Below, piece after piece: positions 34,501 to 46,244 of a stretch of DNA of 64,000 nt; position 1 is the first letter of the stretch, and each line of letters starts with the position of its first letter. The stretch spans positions 85,371,625 to 85,435,624 of the forward strand of contig NC_057718.1 of NCBI RefSeq assembly GCF_004010195.1, written 5' to 3'. Below the pieces are notes generated by a model, which saw only the letters and a program-made list of their open reading frames with translations, searched no databases and was not told where the DNA came from. Source of the stretch: Chiloscyllium plagiosum. Taxonomy: Eukaryota. The position numbers and the translations under genes are program-made.

Positions 34501-37500
34501 GAAGTTTGTTCATCCCTTATCCCACCAGGTGTGGTTTCAAAATCGAAGAGCGAAATGGAGGAAGCGGGAGAAATGCTGGGGCAGGAGCAGTGTGATGGCC
34601 GAGTATGGACTGTACGGTGCCATGGTCCGGCACTCCATTCCCCTGCCCGAATCCATACTCAACTCTGGCAAAAATGGTTTGGTAGGATCTTGTGCCCCCT
34701 GGCTGCTTGGTAAGCAATTGAAGATTATTGGGGGACAAGGAGACAGGAGTGGAGAGGGACATGCAACAGCATAAGGTGGTGAAAATAAACTATCCCCCTG
34801 TCTCAAAGGCTGGAGAAGAAAATGGAGCATGGTGTAAAAAGATACTGCTAATTTGCGAGTGCCCATTTTGTCCTATCACCCAAGACAAATTTCACCCCAT
34901 TCTAATTCTGGCGTCTTTTTAAATGCCAGCAGAAAACATATACAACCTGTTGGACTCTATACAAGGTCCTTACAATTATCAATTGCTTAATCCTTGCTGG
35001 AGTTGAAAGATTGAACAGGTTGGACCTACACCCATTGAAGTTTAGAAGAATGAGAGGTGATATTTTTGAAACAAATAAAGAACTTAAGAACAGGATGGGC
35101 TGTTCAGCCTGTCAAGCCTACTCCACTATTCAGTTAGACCATGACAGATCACCCACCTCAATTCCACTTTTCTGGACCATCTCTATATCCGTTGATGCAG
35201 TTAGTCTCCGGAAATAGATCAGATTCTGTCTTGAACATGCTCAATTATTGAGTTTCCTCAGTTCTCTTGGAATTCCAAAGATTCATTGCCAACTGAATGA
35301 AGAAATTCCTCCTTGCCTCAGTCTTCATTGACCTATCTCTTTTGTTGAGATTACTATCCCAAGATTTAGTCTCACCAGCAAGGGGAAAGATCTTATCTAC
35401 CATCCCGTTCAAATGTTGTAAATTTCAAAAGGTCATCTCTCTTTCTTAAAATTACTATAGGACTATAAAATGTAGGAGCAAAAATAGCATACTTGGCCCA
35501 TCAAATTTGTATTGTCATTCAAACAAATCATAGATGACGTGAAAATCCTTAACGCTTTCCTGCCGTTGCTCCACGAACCTTCAATATCTTACCGAGTAAA
35601 AATCTGTCAATCTCAGCTTTGAATATTCTTAAGGACACAGCCTCTACTGCCCTTTGTGGTAAAGAATTCCACCTATTCACTACTTTCTGAGAGTAGAAAT
35701 TTCTTCTCATCCCTGTCTTAGAAGGCTGTCCACTTACTCTGACATTATGCACTCTAGTTCTAGACACTCCCTCAACGGGGAACTACCTTTCCATATCTAT
35801 CTTTTCAAATCCCTAAGAATTTCATTTCTTTCAATAAAGTAGCTTTTCATTCTTCTAAACTCTGATGAGTACAAGCCCAACCTACTCAACCTCTCCTCGT
35901 AAAAATAAATCCCCCTATCCCTGTGATCAACCTGGTGGCAATCTCTGGACTGCCTCCAATGCGAGCATACCTTGATTAGATAAGGGACCCAAAACTGCTC
36001 ACAGTCTTCTAGTTGCAGTCTAACTAGCGTTCTGTTTAGGTTTAGCAAGGAATTTCTTTTTTTTATACTTAATTACCTTTGAAATAAAGGCCTACAGCAA
36101 ATTTGTCTTCTGTATTACCTGCTGAACTTGTATGCTGTGATTCAAGCCCAAGTATGCCCAAATCCCTCAGTGCTGCAGCTTTCTGCAGTCTTTTGCCAAT
36201 CTCTAGTTCTCCCTATCTTTCTAACATATGTAATATTGAGCTCATTTACTTTTCTTGTCAAAGTGCATAATCTCACATTTACCACACATTCCATCTGCCA
36301 AATATTTGTGCACTCACTTAACCTGTCTAGATCCCTCTTTGCATCATCCTCACACATGTCTTTCCATTTACTTTTGTGTCATCTGCAAACATGGCAATAG
36401 CATATAACCTTTGTCACCCAAATGGTTTATAAATATTGTAAATAATTATGGCCACATCTCTGTGACACTCTAATAGTTACAGATTGTCATCATGAAAATG
36501 TCCCCTTATCCTAACTCTCTGTCTTGCATTAATCAGCCTGCTCACAACAGCATGGGTGCTTATTAAGAAGCCTTATAAAAAGGGCCTGACTGAATGTCTT
36601 TTGGGAATCCAAATATATTACAAGTATCCTTCTCTATCCTACTTGTTACCTGTTCACAGATATCTCTCCTTCACAAAACCATATTGACTCTGCTTGATTA
36701 TATTGTGCGCTTCTAAATGTTCCGTTATTATACATCTGTGTAATAGACACTAACATTTTCCCAATGACAGATATTAAGCTAACTAGCCCATAGTTGCCAT
36801 GTTTTGACTCCATTACTTTTTAAGCAAGGGTGTGACATTGGCAGTTTTCTAATGCTCTGGATTTTCCCAGAATCTAAAGGTTCTTGAAATATTTTACCAG
36901 TGCTTCTACTATCTCTTTAGCTACTTCCTTTAATATCCTCGGATACAACCCACCACATTTCACACCCTGAGTTCCCCTCTTAATACCTTTTCACTTGTGA
37001 CACTTATCGTACTTTTTTTTCTCCCCTCACTTATGCCCATTTCCATCTACTGTGAAGATTGATGCAAATTTTTTATTCAACTCCTTTGTATTGTTGTGGT
37101 TGCTCCATTATTAATATATATTTAAAGAAGCTGTTAATATCTGTTTTTATATCACTTGATTGTTTACACTCAAAGTTTAGTTTCTCTTTTTTGTTATCTT
37201 TTGTTGGTTTTTAAGGCTCCTTCAATTCTCTGGCTTACCAATAATCTTTACTACATTGTATGGTTTTATTTCCAATTTAATACTATCCTTAACCTCCTTG
37301 ATTAACCATGATTGGTTTATCCCCTTCCATGCATCCTTTCTCCTCACTAGACTATACCTTTGTTGGGAGTCATGAACTATTTTCTTAAGTATGTGCCATT
37401 GTTCATAACCCATCTTTTCTGTTAAACTCCTTTCCCAGCCCACCCTTCCAACTCTGCCCTCATTCCTATGTGAGTATGCTATTTAGATTTAGTATAGTTT

Positions 37501-40500
37501 TTAGATTAGATTAGATTCCTTACAGTGTGAAACCAGTCCACACCGAGCTTCCGAAGAGTAACCCACCCAGAACCATTTCTCTCCTCACACTAACACTAAT
37601 GGACAATTTAGAATGGCCAACTCACCTGACCTGCACATCTTTGGATTATGGGAGAAAGCCGGAGCACCCGGAGAAAACCCACAAGAATGTGGGGAGAATG
37701 TGCAAACTCCATACTGACAGTCACCTGAGACTGGAATCAAACCTGGGACCCTGGTGCTGTGAGGCAGCAGTGCTAACTACTGAGCCATCATGCCGCTCTT
37801 GAATTAGAATCCCTGCTGGTTGGAAACAGACCGTTTGGCCCAACAAATCCACAATGGCCCCTCTTAAGAGTATCCCATCCAGACCCATTCCCCGACATTT
37901 ACTCCTGACTCATGCATCTAAACTACCCAAGGGGTGATTTAGCACAGCCAATTGGCCCTGATCTCTACATCTTTGGATCGTGGGAGGAAACCAGAGCAAA
38001 TTCACGCGGACACAGGGAGAATGTGCAAACTCCCCCTCCACAGTTGAACCTGAGTCCCTGGCGCCGTGAGGCGGCAGTGCTAACCACTGAGCCACCATGC
38101 TGCCCTTAATGTTTCCGATTCAGATTTCTTATCCTCAAACTGAATTCTAAATTTTCCTATGTTATGGCCGCTGTTTCCTTGAAGATCTTTTATGCTGAAA
38201 TTGTTTATTAAACTTGCCTCATTATGCATTAGTGTTTTTTTTTGCTATTTATCTATGTTTGTGCACACTAGGTATCTTTACCTAATTAGCTGCCAGATTT
38301 TCAATTTGCCAAGACACTGGTACTAGCATGGTTCAAGTGAAGTCCACACCATCAGAACAGTTTCCTCTATCCCAGTACTGGTGCCAATGCCCCAGTAACT
38401 GAACCCACCTCTCCCAGAGCAATCTTTGAACCAAGCATTTAACTCTGTGACTTTATTTACCTCTGCCAGTTTGCTCAGATAGCAGTCCCAAGATTGTTAT
38501 CTTAAATGTTCTGCTTTTTAATTTAGCTCATAACTATTCAAATTCCTTCAGGAGAACCTTCTTTTTATTCATATCAATGTCATTGATACCAATGTGGACA
38601 CTTACAACTCCTATCCTCCCACTCCAAGTTTCTCTTTAGCCTGAGGAGATGTCCTTAACCTTGGCACCAGACATGTAAGACAGTCTCTGGGACTTAAGCT
38701 TATAGCTGCAAAGATCAGTACTTAACCCCCAATTATAGTGTTTCTACCATAACTACTTTTCTATTTCCTCTCCTACCATATTCCACAATGCCATACACAC
38801 ATTGTTAGTCGTGTTCCTTGCAGACCCACTCTCTTCCACATAGTTTACACGAACCTCATAACTGTTGAATGATTGAAAGGAAAAGGCTCCTCAAAATCTC
38901 CTTGGTCCCCATATACACAGTAACATCCTGCTATCTCTGAGCACAGATCAAATTTGAATAAATTAGTCTGAGGGGTGTGACTGCATCCCAGAACAAGGTG
39001 TCTAAATAATTTTCTCCCTCACTGATGTGCTGCAATGTCTGCAACATGACTTCAGCTCAAATTGGATCCAAAATTCCTCAAGCTTCAACACTTAACACAG
39101 ATGTGTTCGCTGTGGATCATCTTGATGTCAGCGCTCCCCACATGCTGCTGAAGCGACACACCACTCATCCTGCCTTGGAAAGTCCCTGTTCTTTTCAGTT
39201 TATTGTAATGATTTTTGCACTAGTTACAACTTTATACGTAACAAACTACTTTCAAGAAGAAGGTGAAAGAAGACCAGGGATCCAAACACACACTAAAGAT
39301 TCTACTTTTAATTTAAAGACTAGAAATATTCACCAATTCTACTCATGAATCACCTGCTTTCCCTGCACTCATGTCAAGCTGTGATGCATGATGTCACTCT
39401 GCTGCTGGTCTCACTGCAGATAGGCCTCTCAATCGGTGCCTTTCATCCTCTCTCATTCACCTTCTGCTCAAAATATAGTATTTTGAGTCTTAGGAAGAGA
39501 ATAAACTTGAATCACTTGTTAGATGCTCTCCAAATAACTGACTCCTTCTCCTGTAGCAGAGCAAGAATTAATTCCTGAAAGCTGAAAAAAGTTTGGCAAA
39601 AAGCAACAGATTACCTTTTTCTTTTTCTCCATTAAACCCCCTGAAGCACCCAACTTCAGCAACCCATTTGAAGTCACACTTATCTCTTTGGATTACAGAC
39701 CCAGTCACCTCAATCTCTCTTCTTAAAATAATTCTACCTTCCCAGGGATTAATTTGGTGAACCTATATTGCATCATTCCCTCCATCTCAAGGATATCCAT
39801 TGATGGAAAAAGCAACCAAACTGTGCTCAGTATTCCAGCTGAGGTTTCACTAAGGTCATATAAAACTGCAATAAGATCTGTTTAAATCTGCTTGCAGTGA
39901 TGGTCAACATACCTTTGGTTTCCCAATTGCTATGTGCTAATATGTGACTCATAAACATGACATTATGGTCCCACTGTTTCCAATCGTTCACCATTCACCA
40001 TATTGTGTCTTTCTGTTTATTTTGTGCAAAAGTGAATCATTTAACATTATAATCCATCTGCCAAGTTCTCGCCCATTCACCTTAGGCTATCAATGTCTCC
40101 TTGCATCCTTTTTATAATTATGTTCTTGCCCCTTTGGTGTTATTAGCTCTTTGTCCCTTCTTCCTCTCTTCCTATACAGCTAAGGCATCCAAGGTGCAAG
40201 GACATGGCTCTGACTGCATTTCTTTGAGGAATCACACCTTCAGAGGATCACCCAAAAAAGAAAAGTAACTAGCTAGTGGGGCCTCAGTGCCTGCCAGTTT
40301 TCTTCGTATTAACCACATCATCTGCCGACATTTCTGCCACCTCCAAATGGACCCCACCACCAGGGATATATTTCCCTCCCCACCCCTTTTCGCTTTCCGC
40401 AAAGACCGTTCCCTTCGTGACTACCTGGTCAGGTCCACGCCCCCCCTGCAACCCACCCTCCCAACCTGGCACCCTCACCTGCCACTGCAGGAATTGCAAA

Positions 40501-43500
40501 ACCTGTGCCCACACCTCCTTGCTCACCTCCATCCAAGGCCCCAAAGGTGCCTTCCACATCTATCAAAGTTTCACCTGCACATCCACCAATGTCATTTATT
40601 GTATCCGTTGCTCCCAATGCGGTCTCCTCTACATTGGGGAGACTGGACACCTCCACGCAAAGCGCTTCAGGGAACATCTCTGGGACACCCACACCAATCA
40701 AACCCACCACCCCATGGCCCAACATTTCAACTCCCCCTCCCACTCTGTTGAGGATATGCAGGTCCTGGGCCTCCTCCACCGCCGCTCCCTCACCACCCGA
40801 TGCCTGGAGGAAGAACGCCTCATCTTCTGCCACGGAACACTTCAACCCCAGGGCATCAATGTGGACTTCACCAGTTTCCTCATTTCCACTTTCCCCACCT
40901 TACCTCAGTTCCAACCTTCCAGCTCAGCACTGTCCTCATGACCAGTCCTACCTGCCAATCTCACTTCCCACCTATCCGCTCCACCCTCCCCTCTGACCCA
41001 TCACCTCCATCCCCACCCCCATTCACCTATTGTACTCTTTGCAACCTTCTCCCAGCTCTCCACTCCCTCTCCCAGCCCGCCATTTATCTGTCCACCCTGG
41101 AGGCGCCCTCCCTCCATTCCTGATGAAGAGCTTTTGCCCGAAATGTCGATTTCAGATGCTGCCTAACCTGCTGTGCTTTTCCAGCACCACTCTGATCTAA
41201 ACTCTGGTTTCCAGCATCCGCAGTCCTCTCTTTTGCCTAATTTTCTGGGCTGCCTGGCAGTAATTCATTCCCCTCTTGACACCATGCTCCTGGCCTATGG
41301 TGTGACAAACTCTCTGAATGTGCTGTCAATATATCTGTCAGCCTTATGGGTGTTCCACAGTGACTCTTGCTGCTGTTTTAACTCCAAAATCCAGAACTCA
41401 AGGTTCTGCAGCTGGGAGTGCTTCCTATATGGGTAGCACAGTGGCTCAGTGGCTAACACTGCTGCCTCACAGCACCATGGACCCAGGTTTGATTCCTGCC
41501 TTGGGTGATTTGTGTGGTGTTTGCACATTCTCCCTGTGTCTGTGTGGGTTTCCTCTGGGTGCTCCAGTTTCTTCCCTCATTCTAAAAGATGTGCAGGTCA
41601 GGTGAGTTGGCCATGCTAAATTGCCCATAGTGTTAGGTGCATTAGTCAGGGTAAATGCCAGGAAATGAGTCTGGGTGGGTTACTCTTCGGAGGGTTGGTG
41701 TGGACTTATTGGGCCGAAGGGCCTGTTTCCATACTGTAGGGAATCTAGTCTCTGTACATGTATCATCTAGCCTCCAGGTTTTCCCACAGTGTACAGAATA
41801 TGCATTTCCCATGACCAAACTACCATGTCACACCCTAATTTTATTTCACTTACACTATATTTCACTTTGGTTTATTTATATTAACTTTATTTTAGTTTCC
41901 CTTACCTTCATAAACATTACAACTATTGATAAACCTTACTAGTACCGATAAATCTGATTAATGCTTAATGCACTTTACTAGTTGTGAGAGCGCTTACTTA
42001 AATCACCTCTGTCTCCTTTGCACCACATTCCCATGTGAACTCAATTCATTACTAACTGGTCACCCAGGCTTTGTCTTTTCAACATGCATCTCTTACTGAC
42101 ATAGAAGGCAGTGAAGGCTGAGACATTGAATTTATTCAAGGCAGTGTTACAAGGAATTTTAAATGACAAGGGAGTCAAGGGCAATGGGGTAGATAGGAAG
42201 GTGGAGTAAAGTCCACAACCAGATCAGTCATGCTTGTATTGAATGATGAAATAGACTTGAAGAACTGAAGGGATTAGTCCTATCCATAGAGTTCTCGGGT
42301 CATACAGCATGGAAACATACCCTTCGGCCCAACGAGTCCATGCAGACCAGGTTTGCTAAATTGAACCAGTCTTATTTGTCTGCATTAGGTCTATATCCCT
42401 CTAAACCTTTCCTATTCATATACCTGCCCAAATGTCTTTTAAATGTTGCAATTATACTCACCTCTACCACTTCCTCTGGCATATATGCACAACCCTCTGT
42501 ATGAAAAAGTTGTCCCTCAGGTCCCTTTTAAATCTTTCCCCTCTCACCTTAAACTTATGCCCTTTAGTTTTGGACTCCCTTACACTAGGAAAAGATCTTG
42601 GCTATTCACCTTATCTATGCCCCTCATGATTTTATAAACCTCCATAAGGTCACCCTTTCAGCCTCCGATGCTTCAGAGAAAAAAGTCTCAGTCTATTCGG
42701 CCTCTCCTTGTAACTCAAACACTCCAGTCTCAGTAACTTTCTTGTAAATCCTTTATTTCACTCTTTTCAGTTTAGTAACATCCTTCTATAGCATGACAAC
42801 CCGAATTGTATGTAGTACTCCAAATCTGGCCTTAGCTATACCTTGTACAGCTGTAACATGATGTCCCAACTCTGGTACTCAGTGCTCTGACCAATGAAGG
42901 AAAGAGTGCCAAATGCCTTCTACACCATCATCATCCTAGATAAACTATATTTATATTTGTATAGTATATTTAAAATTTGCATTGCAGTTTACACATTTAA
43001 TGTTTTGCAATTCCATTTCTTTATCCTGACCACTTGCAGTTTGGCAAACAAGGAAGCTCTTGGGCTACGTTAATCAGTTCAGTGATGAAACACAATTGCA
43101 CGCTCCTTATCGTAGAGTACTAATTTTAAACATTTGTTGAAACTTGATATGATCATTCAGCTCTTACCTGTCAACTTCCTTTGTGTGGTTTTCAGGATTT
43201 AACTGAATATATTCTTGAAAGAAAACATTCCCAGTTCTCTAGGGAATGAGGAGGGGAATTGGAATATGTGGATAGTTTTTTTTTATAGAAAGCTGTTTCA
43301 AAAGCTAAACATTCTGTACTGTATAAATTCTACAGTTAGAACGTAAGAGGCCTACTGTATGAGCTGATCTAATATATACCAAAATTATTTAGAATAGAAA
43401 AACTGAAATATGCAGGAAAATAGAGTAAGGGGTGTAAAAATAAAGAACATATGAGTTGGGCATCACTAATCAACCTTTCATTCAAATCTAGGAATGCACA

Positions 43501-43766
43501 AAAAATCCGTTGACTCAACATTGAAAACTAAAAGTGAAGCAACTGTCGGAGATGATTATGTGGAGAGCAGAACACAGGCATTGCCGATTGAGGGTGGCGC
43601 AGACCGGATGCCTGCAACCAACTGTGCCACTACAGCTGAAGAGGACGACATGGCTTTAGACCTCTCCAGTGCGGAAAAACCACTGAACAAGGAAAATGCT
43701 TCAAAGCAATGCATTTCAAGGCGGTCCTATGTGGAGGTCAGACAGAGAGGACTGAAGAAAAATTAA
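28121..43766 (+). CDS. vsx1: Visual system homeobox gene (Vsx1-like), 5 coding exons, 341 aa: join(28121..28484,31501..31582,33897..34020,34529..34709,43492..43766)
   Basis: The spliced reading is open for 1026 nt (364+82+124+181+275). It contains the octapeptide FGITELLGL, the basic stretch KRKKRRHR, a Q50 paired-like homeodomain, the CVC domain [27 protein letters not shown]...[13 protein letters not shown] and a C-terminal [10 protein letters not shown]. Intron phases are 1,2,0,1, all GT-AG. Vsx family membership is near certain; vsx1 orthology specifically is less so. Confidence 0.93.
29469..29781 (+). mobile_element. HE1-type SINE (Vsx intron 1)
   Basis: GGCACGGTGGCTCAG head, B box, and TGTAGGGAATCTAATCTAAT tail. 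Confidence 0.9.
29890..30204 (-). mobile_element. HE1-type SINE (Vsx intron 1)
   Basis: Reverse-complement copy, tail-to-tail with 29469-29781. Confidence 0.88.
30488..30783 (+). mobile_element. HE1-type SINE (Vsx intron 1)
   Basis: GGTGGCTCAGTGGTTAGCACTGCTGCCTCACAG head and GTAGGGATTCTA tail. Confidence 0.88.
31501..31582 (+). CDS. vsx1: Vsx coding exon 2 (82 nt; NLS and homeodomain N-terminal arm), missed by the ORF track
   Basis: Acceptor ...CCCCTGGCACCAG|AT. Reads (D)[26 protein letters not shown](R). Donor AG|GTATGT. Phases fit exons 1 and 3. Confidence 0.93.
31890..32180 (+). mobile_element. CR1 3' remnant (Vsx intron 2)
   Basis: TTTAAGGTAAG...TGGAATTCACTGCCTGAAAGGATGGTAGAGGCAG...GGACCTGTTTCTGTGCTGTA...ATGATTCTATG. 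Confidence 0.7.
33618..33705 (-). mobile_element. Short PLE terminal-repeat derivative with TSD
   Basis: Reverse complement of the 8984/10045 family. Flanked by ACTTGAGATACC(G/T)AATG at 33601-33617 and 33706-33722. Confidence 0.75.
33897..34020 (+). CDS. vsx1: Vsx coding exon 3 (124 nt; homeodomain helices 1-2)
   Basis: Acceptor CCACAG|G. Reads [41 protein letters not shown]. Donor CAG|GTAATT at the typical PRD-class Q46/V47 intron position. Confidence 0.97.
34200..34400 (+). mobile_element. Deu-domain SINE remnant in the short homeobox intron (intron 3)
   Basis: AGTGCTGCACTATTAGAAGCACCATCTTTTAGATAAGACTTTAAATCAAAGTCCCATCTG matches the Deu core seen in reverse near 17000-17070. Confidence 0.6.
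34529..34709 (+). CDS. vsx1: Vsx coding exon 4 (181 nt; recognition helix and CVC domain)
   Basis: Acceptor CCACCAG|GTG. Reads [60 protein letters not shown]. Donor G|GTAAGC. Confidence 0.97.
35470..39600 (-). mobile_element. Long decayed CR1 LINE (ORF1 esterase region plus ORF2 remnants) in Vsx intron 4, with nested SINEs
   Basis: The minus strand gives [29 protein letters not shown]...[22 protein letters not shown], and further 5' GHWHQYW and VHIGIND (SGNH block III) near 38370-38600. Boundaries are approximate. Confidence 0.7.
37501..38105 (-). mobile_element. Two tandem HE1-type SINEs (about 37501-37797 and 37803-38105)
   Basis: Both show the reverse-complemented tRNA head (GCAGTGCTAAC.ACTGAGCCA) and tail. 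Confidence 0.88.
40296..41238 (+). mobile_element. Penelope-like element 3' part: GIY-YIG endonuclease and terminal repeat
   Basis: Reads C..NCKTC...[26 protein letters not shown]...RFREH...HFN...GIN. Homologous to the end of the 1-1197 copy (GACCCCACCACCAGGGATATATTTCCCTCCC). CTGATGA...GAAA core at 41120. Confidence 0.93.
41429..41748 (+). mobile_element. HE1-type SINE
   Basis: tRNA-like head and GTAGGGAATCTA tail. Confidence 0.88.
42285..42930 (-). mobile_element. CR1 LINE 3' fragment
   Basis: Reverse complement of the 11680 and 27144 sequences (CCCCTCATGATTTTATAAACCTCCATAAGGTCACCC). Confidence 0.88.
43492..43766 (+). CDS. vsx1: Vsx coding exon 5 (end of CVC, C-terminal RV-like motif, stop)
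   Basis: Branch-point-like CACTAAT and acceptor TCTAG|GA. (G)MHKKS completes the CVC domain, followed by [14 protein letters not shown] at 43764-43766. Confidence 0.93.
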
Positions 43767-43992
43767 AATACTCAGAAAGCTATTGTGTGAACAAATAAGA
43801 TTCAGGATGGGGTACAGTCTTCCCACTGATAAGCTGCACTCATCCGATTTTAAAACAGGTTCCTACAGCAATGAAAATACATGAGTGGCCACAACAAAAG
43901 AGGAAGATGACCAATTACCTCTGCTATTGAGCTGCTATTAGTTTGTGGGTTGTTAATACAATGACCGACAAATAGCATCATGGTTTGCTCCT

Positions 43993-43998
43993 AATAAA
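43993..43998 (+). terminator. Candidate polyadenylation signal of the Vsx gene
   Basis: First AATAAA after the stop codon (about 230 nt downstream). Further hexamers exist downstream, so usage is unproven. Confidence 0.35.
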
Positions 43999-46244
43999 TG
44001 TATGAAGTAAAGCAGGGTATTCCAATGGAGATGTACACAGGATTGAAAATATCATGGATTAACCTCCTCTTACTGACCAATAACTCTAATCCCTGTGAAT
44101 GGAAAGGGGTGATCCCAGTCCATATGGAAATATATGACTTTCAATGTGGTATGATTGTGAGTGGTAACTGGCAGCTACAATAACACAGTAAACCCAAATG
44201 AAAAATTACATACATTGGAAGAGTAGTAGCCTAGGCACCACAAACAGGACACACACAAGTGCATGAGTGAATTGTCCATTGCAGTGGTAGGAGGTGCAGC
44301 CAGTCACCTATGTAAAAAAGGTCAACCTTTGGTGGATTGAAGCAACAATGAAGTAAAAGTAGACTTAAGTCATTCCGCAGGAAGACAGCATCATTTCAAG
44401 TTTATCTTGGGTATCTCCATGCTATTGAGTGAGGAGTTATGATGGCAGAATACTGAAATTATGTTGTCTCTCAATTGACTTGGTTGGAGAATGGCTTCTG
44501 GAGAAAGGATAGGAGAAAGAGAAAAGATTGCAAAACAAAAGGCATTGGAAAAAGAATTCCTTTAATTGTGTAACATCGAGGGTAAGAAGTAAAGTGAATT
44601 TTCAACTCAAATGTACCTTGAATAGAGAGCTGTGCATAGTCCGTGGCATATTACCAGGAAGGCAACAAGTATGCAGTAGACTGGTATGTGTTACACTAAA
44701 TGAAATGCACAGGCTGTGATATGTTTAGCAGAGGGTACCATATGGGCTGGTGTGGACACAGAGTTGAGAATTGTATAGAAAGGGTAGAATGTACGTTGGG
44801 GTGTGTCTTACAAAAGTTAATGCACAGTCTGTAGTGCGTCATGCAAAGGAATTGGATGGTTGGGGTGAGTTGGGATCATTGTAGAAGGCAATGTGCAGGT
44901 ACTGGAGTGTGTTAGACCATCAGTAATGCATTTAAAGATGTTTTAGATTATTAAATGATTTGAAAGAGGATTTGGAGAGAAAGAATTTCGTCAGTAGAAG
45001 AGTTCAGAACATTTGACCTTAAAATTAGTGTTAGGCCATTTTAATGTGAGCAAGCACTTCCAACAATGGGTAATGGAAATCTGGAGCTCTCTCCCTGAAA
45101 AAGCTGTTGGGACTTAGCTAATTACAAAATTCAAAACTGAGAGAAATAGATTTTTATTGGACAAACATATTGAGAGTTCCAGACAAAAGGTATATAGATG
45201 GTGTTTAAAGATACAGATCAGCCACAATTTAACTGAATGATGGACAAATGGTCTATTTTTGTTCCTATGTAATACATGGATTCTTTAAAATGTTATTTCA
45301 AGGATAGTACATGGGAGATGTACTACAGTATGCAGCAATTGGGTTGCGTTCTGCAGTGGGAGATACAAGAGTGCTGGGGTATAATACAATTTCTGGGTTT
45401 TGACACCTCACAAAGAATAAACAAAATTTTGAATAAACCAGGATTGTTTTACAACCTTGTAGCATACTTCCAACCAGTCAGTAATTTAAATAAGCCAAAT
45501 AAGATTCAATTTACTTAAATTGTAGAGAATACACAAAGAATGCACAACTCAAACCCATATCCAATCCTAAAATCTTTTGCAGTTATTCCTGTTTCAAACA
45601 TCAACACAATTAGTCCAATTTGCGAATTCACCTGTGAGCAAGCAGCAAAAAAAGGTTGAAAATTACATATTACTGTCTCTTTAAAGGTTTCTCAATACAA
45701 TTATAAATGATTTTTAGGTTTGGCTATGTGTTGCATACTTGTGTGATGCTCAAAACTTGACAAATTCAATCTTTTTTAATAATTTTGCGACCTTGCCTTT
45801 GTTTTGACAAAAAAGGATATCCACATTATTGTGTGTCATTCTCAGGAGTGGTGTCCTAGTAAAGTTTTGGCACGAGTCATAATCCTAAAGATTGTCCTGC
45901 CCATTGGGGCATTTTTAAGAGATGGAGAGGTGAATGGACAATAATAGGTTTGAGTGGGACCTCTACCACATGGTCAGCTTCTGATTTTCCCTGGGTAGCA
46001 TATTAATCACAGTTCATTTTTTAATGAATTCTCGAGATGTAGGGCAACATTAACAATGCCTACATTTATTATCCATCACAATTTGCCCTTCAGAAGATGA
46101 TGGAGCGTCTCCTTCTTGAACCATTACAATTTATGTGATGAAGCACCAACAACACCAACTGTGCTGATGACAGGGCATTCAAGGATTTTGAAACAGTGGC
46201 ATTGAGGAATGACAAATTATATCCAAGTCAGGAAGGGGTACCTT

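Noticed and set aside
31501..34709. Calling the gene vsx2/chx10
   Set aside because: No OAR motif in the last exon, and the helix-1 and CVC diagnostic residues plus the C-terminal DLSS motif favour Vsx1.
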